Source: a virus. From it: a DNA stretch of 64,000 nucleotides. How positions within the stretch are numbered: the first letter of the stretch is position 1; each line of letters opens with the position of its first letter. Location: positions 1-64,000 of IMG/VR virus record IMGVR_UViG_3300031787_000064, one strand, 5' to 3'. Both the position numbers and the translations under genes were made by a program. Shown here one piece after another: positions 20,383 to 29,257 of this stretch. A model generated the notes under the pieces. The model searched no databases. It worked only from the letters and a program-made list of their open reading frames with translations, and was not told where the DNA came from.

Positions 20383-21273
20383 TTATAGTTTACCACTATT
20401 TTCTATACGTACAACCCACAGACTCATAACGTTCTCAAGACACTCCATAGCAGTATCTACCACCTCATCTGATTCTAGATCTACAGAGTCAAGTTCAATT
20501 CTATTGCCACTAAGACTGAACTCGGCTGTGCTGATATCAATGAACCTATCAGATCCACTATGGCCTTCGAAGTTGGCTTCAAGCCTATCACGGACAGCAT
20601 CTAAGAATCCATCATAGTTAATTTCGTCAACCAAGATCTTACTACCCGCAAGGATATTTGTAGGAGACTCCACGTGCTTAATCATGCCAACAAGGCTTGA
20701 CAAAGAATAATGAACACCATCAATCTTTACAAACGTATTGATCTGAGATATAGCATCATAGATAGCTTCTCTAGAAGGAGAAGGCTGTTGAACGGCAATA
20801 GTAACAGCATCAAAGCATGACGATAATACTGGGTATTCAACACCTTCAGTAGGATCAAGGATCCACTCTCCAGCACTATTACATACGGCAGGCTTTACTG
20901 TTATATACTCACGGCCTTCAGAAGAATAGCCAATCTTTGTAACAATACCATACCAACCTTCAACGGTCTTGCCATATCTGTTAGCGCCTGCATTACCTAC
21001 AACGACGTCTCCTACTTTAAATGATCCAGGCTTTTCAACAACAATACTAACAGGATCAAAGCATGAAGCCAATACTTGGTATTGAGCCTGATCTTTAGGA
21101 TCAACGATCCACTCATTAACACCAATACTTATGGCTGGCTTAACCGTTATATACTCACGAGCACCAGCAGCATCAACTTCTGTAACAATACCATACCAAC
21201 CTTCGATGGTAACATTATACTTGTTAGCACCAGGATTACCTACAACCACATCGGACACATTAAACTTACTCAT
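20383..21273 (-). CDS. protein with two tandem ~81-aa KOW/SH3-like repeats
   Basis: F.V.DVVVGN.GAN.Y..T.EGWYGIVT...REYITVKPA occurs twice. Confidence 0.75.
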   Translation of the reverse strand: MSKFNVSDVVVGNPGANKYNVTIEGWYGIVTEVDAAGAREYITVKPAISIGVNEWIVDPKDQAQYQVLASCFDPVSIVVEKPGSFKVGDVVVGNAGANRYGKTVEGWYGIVTKIGYSSEGREYITVKPAVCNSAGEWILDPTEGVEYPVLSSCFDAVTIAVQQPSPSREAIYDAISQINTFVKIDGVHYSLSSLVGMIKHVESPTNILAGSKILVDEINYDGFLDAVRDRLEANFEGHSGSDRFIDISTAEFSLSGNRIELDSVDLESDEVVDTAMECLENVMSLWVVRIENSGKL

Positions 21274-21316
21274 AACTTTTATTGTTTTAAAATGATTAAT
21301 AATATATAGAAAAGAA

Positions 21317-21625
21317 TTACTTCAACAAGTACTTAGCCACACAGATAAGCCCTTTGGCCTCAAGATCATTCTTGATCTCGGAATGGAACTTCTTAGGAAA
21401 CTTACCCAACTTAACCGGGTATTCACTCAACACCTGGTTAATGGTCTTAGCCTCTGACTTAAAGATAGCCAAAAACTTACTAGCCTCGTTCAAGGCTTTA
21501 CGACTCTTACACACGATCTGGTGGGTCTTGCCCATAAAGTCTGTATACTGTACAGTCACGTTGAAACGGACGTTATTACTCATTTTAGAGGCGGCAAAAT
21601 TCACGGTAGGATTGTCTTGGAACAT
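21317..21625 (-). CDS. hypothetical early protein
   Basis: First ORF downstream of promoter module 1. Confidence 0.7.
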   Translation of the reverse strand: MFQDNPTVNFAASKMSNNVRFNVTVQYTDFMGKTHQIVCKSRKALNEASKFLAIFKSEAKTINQVLSEYPVKLGKFPKKFHSEIKNDLEAKGLICVAKYLLK

Positions 21626-21644
21626 AGTAGTTATTTAAATGTTA

Positions 21645-21824
21645 TAAGTAAATATACTACAATCTTTTGACACAAAAAAATCTGGAGTCAACTATTTTGA
21701 AAATTCTCTATTGATAATCAATCAGTTATGCAAGCCCTTGGAAGCCAATCAGTTATAAGTCGTTGGTAATCAAACTGTTATATACGTAAATATGCTTTCT
21801 AAGTAATTGACTGTCAACTAGTTG
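21645..21824 (-). promoter_or_regulatory. early promoter module 1 (TATATTTA -7 element plus tandem IHF-like sites)
   Basis: GTAAATATAC...AACTATTTTGAAAATT then 18-mers at 21711, 21738, 21763 and 21807; homologous to the 32781 and 37852 copies. Confidence 0.7.
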
Positions 21825-21880
21825 TGCGCCGCCGGCGAGACCTGGCCCTAGAACCTGGCTACCCTTTCCTATATATAAAC

Positions 21881-21916
21881 TAACACAAATTGACACAAAA
21901 TAACACTTTCTAACAC
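21881..21916 (+). repeat. four TRACAC hexamers at exact 10-bp period
   Basis: taacac 21881, tgacac 21891, taacac 21901, taacac 21911; follows a GC-rich tract at 21825-21865. Confidence 0.75.
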
Positions 21917-22031
21917 TTTATTTATGGATACACATATTTTTTTAGTACCTATTCTTTATAGTAATAGGCTTCCGCCTATCTTATTTGTATGTTTCCAGTT
22001 TAAATCCATACCCAGACTTATACCCACAGTA

Positions 22032-22235
22032 TCAATTTTGGCACATTTCTACCAGCATCTTCTCCATTCTATCATATAGATCTTTGTCTTCTATCTTATC
22101 TCTCAGGCTTATAAAGTAGTCTACCTTGTCTATCAGGTTCTTTACCTTTTGACAGTGTTCATATTCTTCTATCTCTACCAGCTTATTTAGACTAGTATTT
22201 AATCTATCCTTTATATTCTGGATATTACTATTCAT
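22032..22235 (-). CDS. UVR (UvrB/UvrC)-like coiled-coil protein
   Basis: LVEIEEYEHCQKVKNLI motif. Confidence 0.5.
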   Translation of the reverse strand: MNSNIQNIKDRLNTSLNKLVEIEEYEHCQKVKNLIDKVDYFISLRDKIEDKDLYDRMEKMLVEMCQN

Positions 22236-22257
22236 TTCTATTTCTTTCTCAGGTGTT

Positions 22258-22737
22258 TTACTTCAACTTAATGCTGGTCATTTCATACCCTCTTCTAGAG
22301 TCTGTAGTTACCTCAGCATTAGGCAGGTGCTTCTGTATGTACTTGATATACAAACTGAGTCTTGCATTAGACTCTTTATTCTTTCCTTTGGTAGTTTCAA
22401 ACTGTAAGTACTTGATATTAGGATTCTTTTTGATCAAGTCTTTAAGCACCTCTACAATTGTAGCCATGATATTAAATAGGTCTCCTTTTGATGGCACAGC
22501 ATCAAAGTTCGTGAAGCCCATATCATCTTCATCTGGCTCAACAATCCCAAACTGTACAAAAGCTGAGTCACGTTCTTCATCTCCTTCTAGAACCTCTATC
22601 TCTACTTTATAGTAAAAGCCTGTCTTGGTCTGGAACATGTATTCTTTATAGTCTTCATGGTCCGCTGTCATCTTCCAATCATACGGCCTAGACGTAGCTT
22701 CTCCTACCTCTCTAAGTAGATCAATTAGCTTCACCAT
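22258..22737 (-). CDS. hypothetical late protein
   Basis: N-terminus MVKLIDLLREVGE; coupled to the upstream late gene. Confidence 0.7.
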   Translation of the reverse strand: MVKLIDLLREVGEATSRPYDWKMTADHEDYKEYMFQTKTGFYYKVEIEVLEGDEERDSAFVQFGIVEPDEDDMGFTNFDAVPSKGDLFNIMATIVEVLKDLIKKNPNIKYLQFETTKGKNKESNARLSLYIKYIQKHLPNAEVTTDSRRGYEMTSIKLK

Positions 22738-23012
22738 TAGTTATTGATTAAGTACTCTGCAAATCCTTTTATGCTTCCTGCTTCTGGAAAGTACTGCATC
22801 ATCCTTTCTTCTGATGCTACATTCATTTCCAAGAACTCTACAAGACCATCAACGTCTTTGGCCTGGATTAGACTGTAGTACTCATCAAAAGAAGCATTGT
22901 CGTCCATGAACTTGTCCATGTTCCATTGGGCTTCGGCGTAAGCTCTGTCTTCTGATTCTTTCAAAAGACCTGCGGTCTTCTTTAACTGTAGTTGTTCTAT
23001 AAGTTGCTTCAT
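22737..23012 (-). CDS. hypothetical late protein
   Basis: Start reassigned to MKQLIEQLQLKKTAGLLKES, downstream of ATATTTAT at 23025-23032. Confidence 0.65.
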   Translation of the reverse strand: MKQLIEQLQLKKTAGLLKESEDRAYAEAQWNMDKFMDDNASFDEYYSLIQAKDVDGLVEFLEMNVASEERMMQYFPEAGSIKGFAEYLINN

Positions 23013-23170
23013 CTTTCTTTTAGAATAAATATCTAGCCACATTCTTTGTCTTTATGTACTGACAAATCCACACTAATCCAAATCTTTAGTCTGGTCCCAC
23101 ACGTCTAGTAGTGCCCAAAGTGCAAAGGCACAAGCACCAACCCATATAACCAAGAATAATAATAGGTCTA

Positions 23171-23368
23171 TCATTTTATTTCTCCTCCATCCATTTTATT
23201 AGGGTATACCTTTATATCGTCGTCATAGAAGTTTCTGACACTACCGTTCTCGTATAGCACAACCTTCCATACCGTATTAACTTGGCTTCCATAGTCTATC
23301 CATGCTATGGCCTTGCCGTAGCCTAAAGGTGTTTCTACGTCTATTGTGTTTCTTAGTTCGTGTATCAT
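23171..23368 (-). CDS. conserved small phage protein
   Basis: VETPLGYGKAIAWIDYG motif. Confidence 0.65.
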   Translation of the reverse strand: MIHELRNTIDVETPLGYGKAIAWIDYGSQVNTVWKVVLYENGSVRNFYDDDIKVYPNKMDGGEIK

Positions 23369-23371
23369 AGG

Positions 23372-23746
23372 TTAACTAAATATCTTTTCTTTTTCTTTTA
23401 AAGCCACAACTTCACTATAAAACCAAATCTTTCTATTTTGCAAGTAAGACTCAAAGTTATCGACCAACTTTCTCACACTCTCCATGTCCTTGTCTTGTTT
23501 GTTGAACACTCCATAGAAATTACACTTGATCATGACAGTTTCACGGCCTTTAAACAACTCTTCTACATAAGACTGAAAAAGCCCTTCTTGTTTCCAATCA
23601 TGAAGAATATTCTCAAACTCGGAGTCATACTCTGAGTGCCTGTGAGTCTTCTCTAAAAACGTACACAACTCTGCCATATCACTAGGTATTACCAAAGCTA
23701 TTAAATACCAATCTGCTTTCTTTTCAAGGTCCCAAATTAGTCTCAT
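23372..23746 (-). CDS. hypothetical protein
   Basis: 124-aa ORF. Confidence 0.6.
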   Translation of the reverse strand: MRLIWDLEKKADWYLIALVIPSDMAELCTFLEKTHRHSEYDSEFENILHDWKQEGLFQSYVEELFKGRETVMIKCNFYGVFNKQDKDMESVRKLVDNFESYLQNRKIWFYSEVVALKEKEKIFS

Positions 23747-23874
23747 ACTCTTTTGTTTTTGGATAAGGTTGATACTTAGCTCTTAACTCTTAACTAGCCA
23801 AATGGCTTACTGGATAACATATTTGTATTTACAAGGTTTTTGGCCCCCTTCGCGAAACCCCAACCCCGCGCTCG

Positions 23875-24084
23875 TTACCACCTCAACACGATCGTCTCAC
23901 CCGTGTTATGTGTAGGCATATAGAACTGCATCTTGTGTTCTCTTAAAACCTTGTGAGTCAGTTCTTTCATTCTGTCCGAATTACCGGTTATGATCTTCAA
24001 AGGAGGTTCATTCATTAGAACCCAATTCTCTACCACGTCTTGAACGTCGTAGTGTGATACTCCATGTAGGTCTAGTTGTTTCAT
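23875..24084 (-). CDS. stand-alone Smr-domain protein
   Basis: LDLHG...LKIITG...NTG Smr signature. Confidence 0.7.
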   Translation of the reverse strand: MKQLDLHGVSHYDVQDVVENWVLMNEPPLKIITGNSDRMKELTHKVLREHKMQFYMPTHNTGETIVLRW

Positions 24085-24153
24085 GATATTATTGACATTA
24101 TGATAAAAAATCCTACCATACTAACAGTAATAACTATGGTCCAAATATTGTCT

Positions 24154-24447
24154 TTATTCAATCTCATGGTAAATTATTTGAGGCTCTAGCTTTTCAAATT
24201 CCTCTTTCTGCTTCTCTTGGTTTATGTAGAACTCGGCTTCACTTTTGCTGTGGACTATAAGCCTGTCATAAGGTCTGCCTGACTTTGTGAAAGCTATCCA
24301 ACCGTTTCCTTTATTTAATTCAGGTATCCATAGACTATAACTAGGATACTTCTCTTCTAGTATTCTGTATTGTGTCATGTCTTTATTGTTTTCAAGCCAC
24401 TCCATATAGCTGGCTCCTTTTGTTTCATAGATCTGTTCTATGGTCAT
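24154..24447 (-). CDS. hypothetical protein
   Basis: ORF in a tightly packed minus-strand array. Confidence 0.6.
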   Translation of the reverse strand: MTIEQIYETKGASYMEWLENNKDMTQYRILEEKYPSYSLWIPELNKGNGWIAFTKSGRPYDRLIVHSKSEAEFYINQEKQKEEFEKLEPQIIYHEIE

Positions 24448-24674
24448 AGCTTTTTTATCTCCTCTTTTACTTCATTCCAATACTCTCTAAACTTATCTCT
24501 AGCTGATAGTCCTATTTCTTCTCTTGATCCTCCCCAAATAAAGCCTGCATTATTTAGCATTTCATTTGCTACTATTAACGCACCTTCCTTTGCTCTCCAT
24601 TCTGGATCAGGTGTATCGGCTACCAATTCATAGATGCGGCTGTTTAACTCCTGTGCTTTGTCTTTAGGTGTCAT
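24444..24674 (-). CDS. small phage protein (MTPKDKAQEL...YWNEVKEEI type)
   Basis: 4-bp overlap coupling with both neighbours. Confidence 0.7.
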   Translation of the reverse strand: MTPKDKAQELNSRIYELVADTPDPEWRAKEGALIVANEMLNNAGFIWGGSREEIGLSARDKFREYWNEVKEEIKKL

Positions 24675-24907
24675 TTGTTTTCAAATTCAGATTTGTAATA
24701 ACCTTTTCCATCACTATAGTCTGCAAGTATATTTCCGTTCCTTCCTAAGAAGTTGCCATCATTCCAAGCTTCTTGGATCTGCTCCTTCTCCATTTGTTTG
24801 GCTTGTTGAAATAAGCCTTCAAATTGCATTTGTTGCTTATGAGTTAGTTTTAATTGAACAAACTCGTACAAAAAGTTTACTGCTGTTTGTTGTGCCATAT
24901 TATTCAC
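24671..24907 (-). CDS. QTAV...AKQMEKEQI family small protein, copy 1
   Basis: Shares 27- and 28-nt identical blocks with 25167..25370. Confidence 0.7.
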   Translation of the reverse strand: MNNMAQQTAVNFLYEFVQLKLTHKQQMQFEGLFQQAKQMEKEQIQEAWNDGNFLGRNGNILADYSDGKGYYKSEFENK

Positions 24908-25127
24908 ATTTACATTCGTTATTTAATATTGGGTTGTGCTTACATAATTTAACATTATCCCCTATTGGCATCATATTGGTAAATGTCGAATTACAAAATG
25001 CACAAGTGTAATAACCCCTACGGTGTTCAATCCATTTATGACTATTCCAAACCCAGTCGTTCCAATACATTTTTTCTGCATCTGTTTCAGATATTTTGAA
25101 AACTTCTTCTTTAATTGGTATAAACAT
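24900..25127 (-). CDS. small Cys/His-rich hypothetical protein
   Basis: HKW...CAFC...C pattern. Confidence 0.55.
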   Translation of the reverse strand: MFIPIKEEVFKISETDAEKMYWNDWVWNSHKWIEHRRGYYTCAFCNSTFTNMMPIGDNVKLCKHNPILNNECKCE

Positions 25128-25166
25128 ATTATTTGTTTTTGTATGTTTGGTTGTAGTATTGTTTAT

Positions 25167-25370
25167 TTAATGTACGTGAGGTTCTTTTGCCTTACACCCT
25201 TCCTTTCCACATCCTTGTTCGTAGAATTCTACTATTGCCTTTAGTTTATTATTTTCGATTATCTGCTCCTTCTCCATTTGTTTGGCTTTTTCTTTCCATT
25301 CACTAGGTGCTGCATATCCTGCAAAAAGAAATCTTTCATACAACCAATCTACTGCTGTTTGTTGTGCCAT
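25167..25370 (-). CDS. QTAV...AKQMEKEQI family small protein, copy 2
   Basis: MAQQTAVDWL...KAKQMEKEQI. Confidence 0.7.
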   Translation of the reverse strand: MAQQTAVDWLYERFLFAGYAAPSEWKEKAKQMEKEQIIENNKLKAIVEFYEQGCGKEGCKAKEPHVH

Positions 25371-25371
25371 A

Positions 25372-25602
25372 TTATTTGTTTTTAGCTATTTCAATCATTT
25401 TTGCTAATACTATTTCATCAACATGATCGGCTAGATCTTTAGCTACATCTGCTATTGGTTTTATTTGAGACACTTCTTTAGCCATTTCTTCAGCTAGTTT
25501 TACTCTTTTAGCTACCTCTTGTTTATCTGGTGTCATATTATTTACTTTATACTTCGTAGACCGTATGTGGATAGTATTCAACACAGTATACCTCGATAAC
25601 AT
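25372..25602 (-). CDS. hypothetical protein (true start probably the internal MTPDK)
   Basis: Helical ORF; the extended N-terminus overlaps the upstream gene. Confidence 0.5.
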   Translation of the reverse strand: MLSRYTVLNTIHIRSTKYKVNNMTPDKQEVAKRVKLAEEMAKEVSQIKPIADVAKDLADHVDEIVLAKMIEIAKNK

Positions 25603-25840
25603 CTAGCTCTGTAGTTTTCTCATTATGAATAATGCTTGTATAACTATAGGTATAATGTCCTTCATAGTCATCAGGATACTTAGTTTCATAAGGAACGAAT
25701 CCAAGACATTGAGCATCTGTTCCATCTACAGCATAATATTCATCTAAGCCTTTACGTAGATCATCAAATGTACTTGCTGACATAATAGGTTTCCCATATT
25801 CATTTAATGCTATGTATGTTACTTTAACTCTTGTTCCCAT
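25547..25840 (-). CDS. hypothetical protein
   Basis: 97-aa ORF. Confidence 0.6.
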   Translation of the reverse strand: MGTRVKVTYIALNEYGKPIMSASTFDDLRKGLDEYYAVDGTDAQCLGFVPYETKYPDDYEGHYTYSYTSIIHNEKTTELDVIEVYCVEYYPHTVYEV

Positions 25841-25841
25841 A

Positions 25842-26222
25842 TTATTTTAAATTTTCTGGTATCTCCGGTCTTATAAGAAGTTCCCACCATTCTGCACCAT
25901 CATAGTCACCTCTTTCAGCCCATGTACCATCTTCAAACCATACCGTTCCAAATATTTCTTGCAGTCCGAACCCTCTATCGTATTCGAAGTCTAGGTATTT
26001 TAAGAACTCTTTAAAATCTTCTGGGGTGTAATTACACTTAAGATCGGCTTTAGTTCTTCTCTGTACACTAGCGGGACTTAACAGACCTTCAGTCCAATAC
26101 TCATGAACGATTGTAGCACATGACACCGTCTTGTCTTTACACATGTCAAGAAACTCTTCTTTAGCGTTAATCATATTACTTAGTATATAAGTTAATGAAT
26201 ACTCCCCACTTCCACCAAGCAA
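25842..26222 (-). CDS. conserved phage protein (start probably at MINAKEE)
   Basis: LDFEYDRGFGLQEIFGTVWFEDGTWAERGDYDGAEWW motif. Confidence 0.65.
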   Translation of the reverse strand: MLGGSGEYSLTYILSNMINAKEEFLDMCKDKTVSCATIVHEYWTEGLLSPASVQRRTKADLKCNYTPEDFKEFLKYLDFEYDRGFGLQEIFGTVWFEDGTWAERGDYDGAEWWELLIRPEIPENLK

Positions 26223-26335
26223 TCTCTAGGTCTATTTGATCCTGGTAGTTATGAACTGCTATTACTGGTAGTACATAACGTTTCCACTTCTCTGTAAATT
26301 TGTAACATTGCATAAGGTAAATTTAAGACAATTAT

Positions 26336-26644
26336 TTATTTCTTCTTATGTTTTGGTAGATAGTGTTTCACTTTCTTTTTTAGCTTCTCTATTTGAATCT
26401 GTTTGTACCAGTTACCAAGCCAACTAGAAGGTTGGTGGTTTTCCCAATAGTGAAGTTGATCAAAGACTTCTCTATTTGCTTCATTCAAATAATCAATGTC
26501 ATCATAAGAGTGATCTCCTCTCACGGCTTCTTCCCACTCATCTAGAGTGATCTTAGGTGTTTCTTCATACTTCTTTCGAAGTTGCTTCTTAATTTTTTTG
26601 GTTGGCATATATTTGTTTAAATGTTTCGAAGTCTTCCCACCCAT
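26336..26644 (-). CDS. hypothetical protein
   Basis: Basic ORF; start uncertain. Confidence 0.5.
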   Translation of the reverse strand: MGGKTSKHLNKYMPTKKIKKQLRKKYEETPKITLDEWEEAVRGDHSYDDIDYLNEANREVFDQLHYWENHQPSSWLGNWYKQIQIEKLKKKVKHYLPKHKKK

Positions 26645-26831
26645 CTTCTACTTCAACCAATATCTTGCCATCTTCTGACTTTGCAATACCGCCTATTCCG
26701 AAACCTTCACATATGTAACCGTACACGCACCAACCTTTCTCTAAGTCTTCTGCTATATCTATGATTGAAAAATCTGGTTTTATTCCGTGGTGATCGTAGA
26801 TCTCACACCATTCTTTTGAAAACTCTGCCAT
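26589..26831 (-). CDS. conserved small phage protein
   Basis: MAEFSKEWC...ICEGFG motif. Confidence 0.6.
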   Translation of the reverse strand: MAEFSKEWCEIYDHHGIKPDFSIIDIAEDLEKGWCVYGYICEGFGIGGIAKSEDGKILVEVEDGWEDFETFKQIYANQKN

Positions 26832-27183
26832 ATTTACTGTTTTTTATTGGTAGTAACCAATTGTGATAAAAGAATGTTTTAGGTTTAAAGTGATCGTCTA
26901 CGCTCTTTACAAACTTGTTTACATACAACATCAGATTCATCATCTCTTTCTCTTTAACTCTCTTACCATGCTTACGATAGAAGGCATTGATCTCATCTAA
27001 TACTTTACTGATACCATGTTGTTTGATATGACCATAAGTTATATAGTAACTAGGTACGTCATAGATCTGGAATGTTTGCTTGTTTTTAAGTAAGTTTGTA
27101 GGTAGTTTAAATTTCATCTCAGCCTTGTACTTGTTCCAGAAGCAATACCAAACTGAGCCGTTACCCCATCTGCTGTATATCAT
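26803..27183 (-). CDS. hypothetical protein
   Basis: MIYSRW...WYCFW. Confidence 0.6.
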   Translation of the reverse strand: MIYSRWGNGSVWYCFWNKYKAEMKFKLPTNLLKNKQTFQIYDVPSYYITYGHIKQHGISKVLDEINAFYRKHGKRVKEKEMMNLMLYVNKFVKSVDDHFKPKTFFYHNWLLPIKNSKYGRVFKRMV

Positions 27184-27617
27184 TGTCTGTTTATTTTTTT
27201 ATATCCTTTATAGTGATAAACTCCATCTTTGAATACAGCAAGGTGCATAACTGTAGACTCATTAAAGCTAGCATGTGATATTCTCAACAACTGCTTTTGA
27301 ATCTGGTAACCATCCCAACCACGCTGATCTTCAGTAACCTTACATTCGTGTATCTCACCTGTCTCTGTATCTATTAGGTCATGGTATAGGTGATTCTTAT
27401 TCTCGTTTAGTCTTTCTATTGCCTTTATAAACTTAGGATTCTCTTGCATTAAATAATGTTCAAGAGGAAGTCCTATATATGTTCTCTTATATATGTCTTC
27501 ATCTGTTCTATTCTTACGCCTTGTTTTACTATTCTTAAGACGTTGGTAAGTGTCTTCGATATCCTTACGAAGCTTAACCTTATCTTTTATGTCTTCTAAA
27601 GTAAACTGTGTTTTCAC
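27180..27617 (-). CDS. hypothetical protein, possible PD-(D/E)XK-like fold
   Basis: HDLIDTETGEIHECKV resembles D...ExK. Confidence 0.5.
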   Translation of the reverse strand: MKTQFTLEDIKDKVKLRKDIEDTYQRLKNSKTRRKNRTDEDIYKRTYIGLPLEHYLMQENPKFIKAIERLNENKNHLYHDLIDTETGEIHECKVTEDQRGWDGYQIQKQLLRISHASFNESTVMHLAVFKDGVYHYKGYKKINRQ

Positions 27618-27778
27618 TTTACAGGATTATACATTTTGAATTTTGCTAACTGATTTACTTGCTTTATAAGTTCGTTAACTTTTAATTTCCACTCTTGGTA
27701 TTCCTGCCTCTTTCTTTTATCAGGCTTCTCTTCTAATAACTGTTCAATCTCATCAGTTAATTCAACTACGGCTGGCAT
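27614..27778 (-). CDS. small hypothetical protein (54 aa, not in the ORF track)
   Basis: MPAVVELTDEIEQLLEEKPDKRKR...YNPVK*; fills the gap and overlaps the next start. Confidence 0.55.
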   Translation of the reverse strand: MPAVVELTDEIEQLLEEKPDKRKRQEYQEWKLKVNELIKQVNQLAKFKMYNPVK

Positions 27779-27780
27779 AA

Positions 27781-28008
27781 TTAAAAACGTTTTGCTATGT
27801 TAATAATTGTTTGTTCGTCTTCTTTACTTATTGACATATAGTTTCCTTTCAGTTTATTTAGAGCATCATCATACTCTTGTTCTGATATAGACTTTATGTC
27901 TAGATCTTCTTGAGGTATAAAACCATTATCTCTTAACCAATCAATTGCATAATGAACTACACCTTGCTCATTCATTTTCTCCATTGTCTCTGATACAGTT
28001 GTTCTCAT
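27781..28008 (-). CDS. hypothetical protein
   Basis: 75-aa ORF. Confidence 0.55.
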   Translation of the reverse strand: MRTTVSETMEKMNEQGVVHYAIDWLRDNGFIPQEDLDIKSISEQEYDDALNKLKGNYMSISKEDEQTIINIAKRF

Positions 28009-28091
28009 ATTATTCTTTTTCAGTGTTTTTATGTATTTTATATAAAAGTATAATAATAACGACTAATAAAAAATTTTGCATATCATTTATT

Positions 28092-28847
28092 TTATTTTGT
28101 ATTTCCAACTCTTAATTTACCATCTTCAATAACAAGATATTCACCTGAGGTTCCCATGGTATCAACAAAGTAGTATCTACCTCCTGCTGCTTTCTCAGAA
28201 CCTTTAAGATCAAGCTTCTTCATTTCAGTATGTCCAACTACTTGAATCACACGTCTATTAAGTATGTTCTTATTTGCTTTCATTAAAGATCTAGGTCTAA
28301 TCCAAACAGGAGTCTGGTATGTATTGTCACCGTAAGGATCCATACCATTAAAGTCAAATAGTCTTGGCTTGTATTTGAATAGTTCATTTAGTTGATCAAC
28401 CATTGTTTCTACTTGCCAACCACCAACAGTGAACACTTGATCTAGGAACTCACTACTAATACCTGCATGACTGAACACAAAGTCATCGAACTGATAAGCC
28501 ATTTGTAAATGCTTTCTATTCTCGTCTATGACTTGCGTAATTGATGGAGCAATTCTAGGTTGATATCCTGACGTGCCAGTATTACCAACTTCTGGTAAAT
28601 AGTGCAAATCGTGGTTACCAAATAATAGTATCACTTCAGTCTTGCGTTCACTAAGAGTTCCTACATTACTAAATGAAGTCTCTTTGTATTCTATAATGTC
28701 TTTGAAATTTTGGATCTGTTCTACTCCTGATATATCGAATGAATCGAAGTAGTCTCCCATGAATATAACCCTTTCTGGGCTTTCTTGATCAACTGCTATT
28801 TTCCAGTTAGATCTTCCATGCGTATCTCCAAGCACCAGGGTTTTCAT
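28092..28847 (-). CDS. calcineurin-like metallophosphoesterase
   Basis: GDTHG, GDYFD, GNHD, SHAG and GHT motifs. Confidence 0.9.
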   Translation of the reverse strand: MKTLVLGDTHGRSNWKIAVDQESPERVIFMGDYFDSFDISGVEQIQNFKDIIEYKETSFSNVGTLSERKTEVILLFGNHDLHYLPEVGNTGTSGYQPRIAPSITQVIDENRKHLQMAYQFDDFVFSHAGISSEFLDQVFTVGGWQVETMVDQLNELFKYKPRLFDFNGMDPYGDNTYQTPVWIRPRSLMKANKNILNRRVIQVVGHTEMKKLDLKGSEKAAGGRYYFVDTMGTSGEYLVIEDGKLRVGNTK

Positions 28848-28892
28848 AACCTATTTTGTTAAATATACAATATTAATTGATCGTGATAAAAT

Positions 28893-29234
28893 TTATTTCC
28901 AAAGTATCTGAATAAGGATAATAACTAAACTTAAGAGTAAGCACACTCCAGTCTTTGCTGATATACCTTCTCTAAATAATACCCAACCCATAATTCCAAA
29001 GACAACGATGCCTACAGCGAATCCTAGAATACGGCTTGGATAGATCTCTCCATCGAATGCCAATATAAAATTCTGTACACTCTTCATGAAAGACCAGCTG
29101 ATTGGTAGACCTAGGAACATAAGTCCCCAGCCCCACTTCTCAGTCCAACCCCACTTGATGCCTGCTTGTAATTGAATAAATGATAAGACCTGGCCAATGA
29201 CGCCATATAAGACTCCCAAAACAAAATGTTGCAT
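28893..29234 (-). CDS. 4-TM membrane protein (DMT/SMR-like)
   Basis: Four hydrophobic helices; LFREGIS motif near the C-terminus. Confidence 0.6.
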   Translation of the reverse strand: MQHFVLGVLYGVIGQVLSFIQLQAGIKWGWTEKWGWGLMFLGLPISWSFMKSVQNFILAFDGEIYPSRILGFAVGIVVFGIMGWVLFREGISAKTGVCLLLSLVIILIQILWK

Positions 29235-29257
29235 AACCTAATTTTAGTTGCGTGTTA

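Noticed and set aside
21711-21728. TTGATAATCAA as a Fur or FNR box
   Set aside because: It lacks the full Fur 19-mer and the FNR 4-nt spacer; the asymmetric 3' TTA extension matches the IHF consensus instead.
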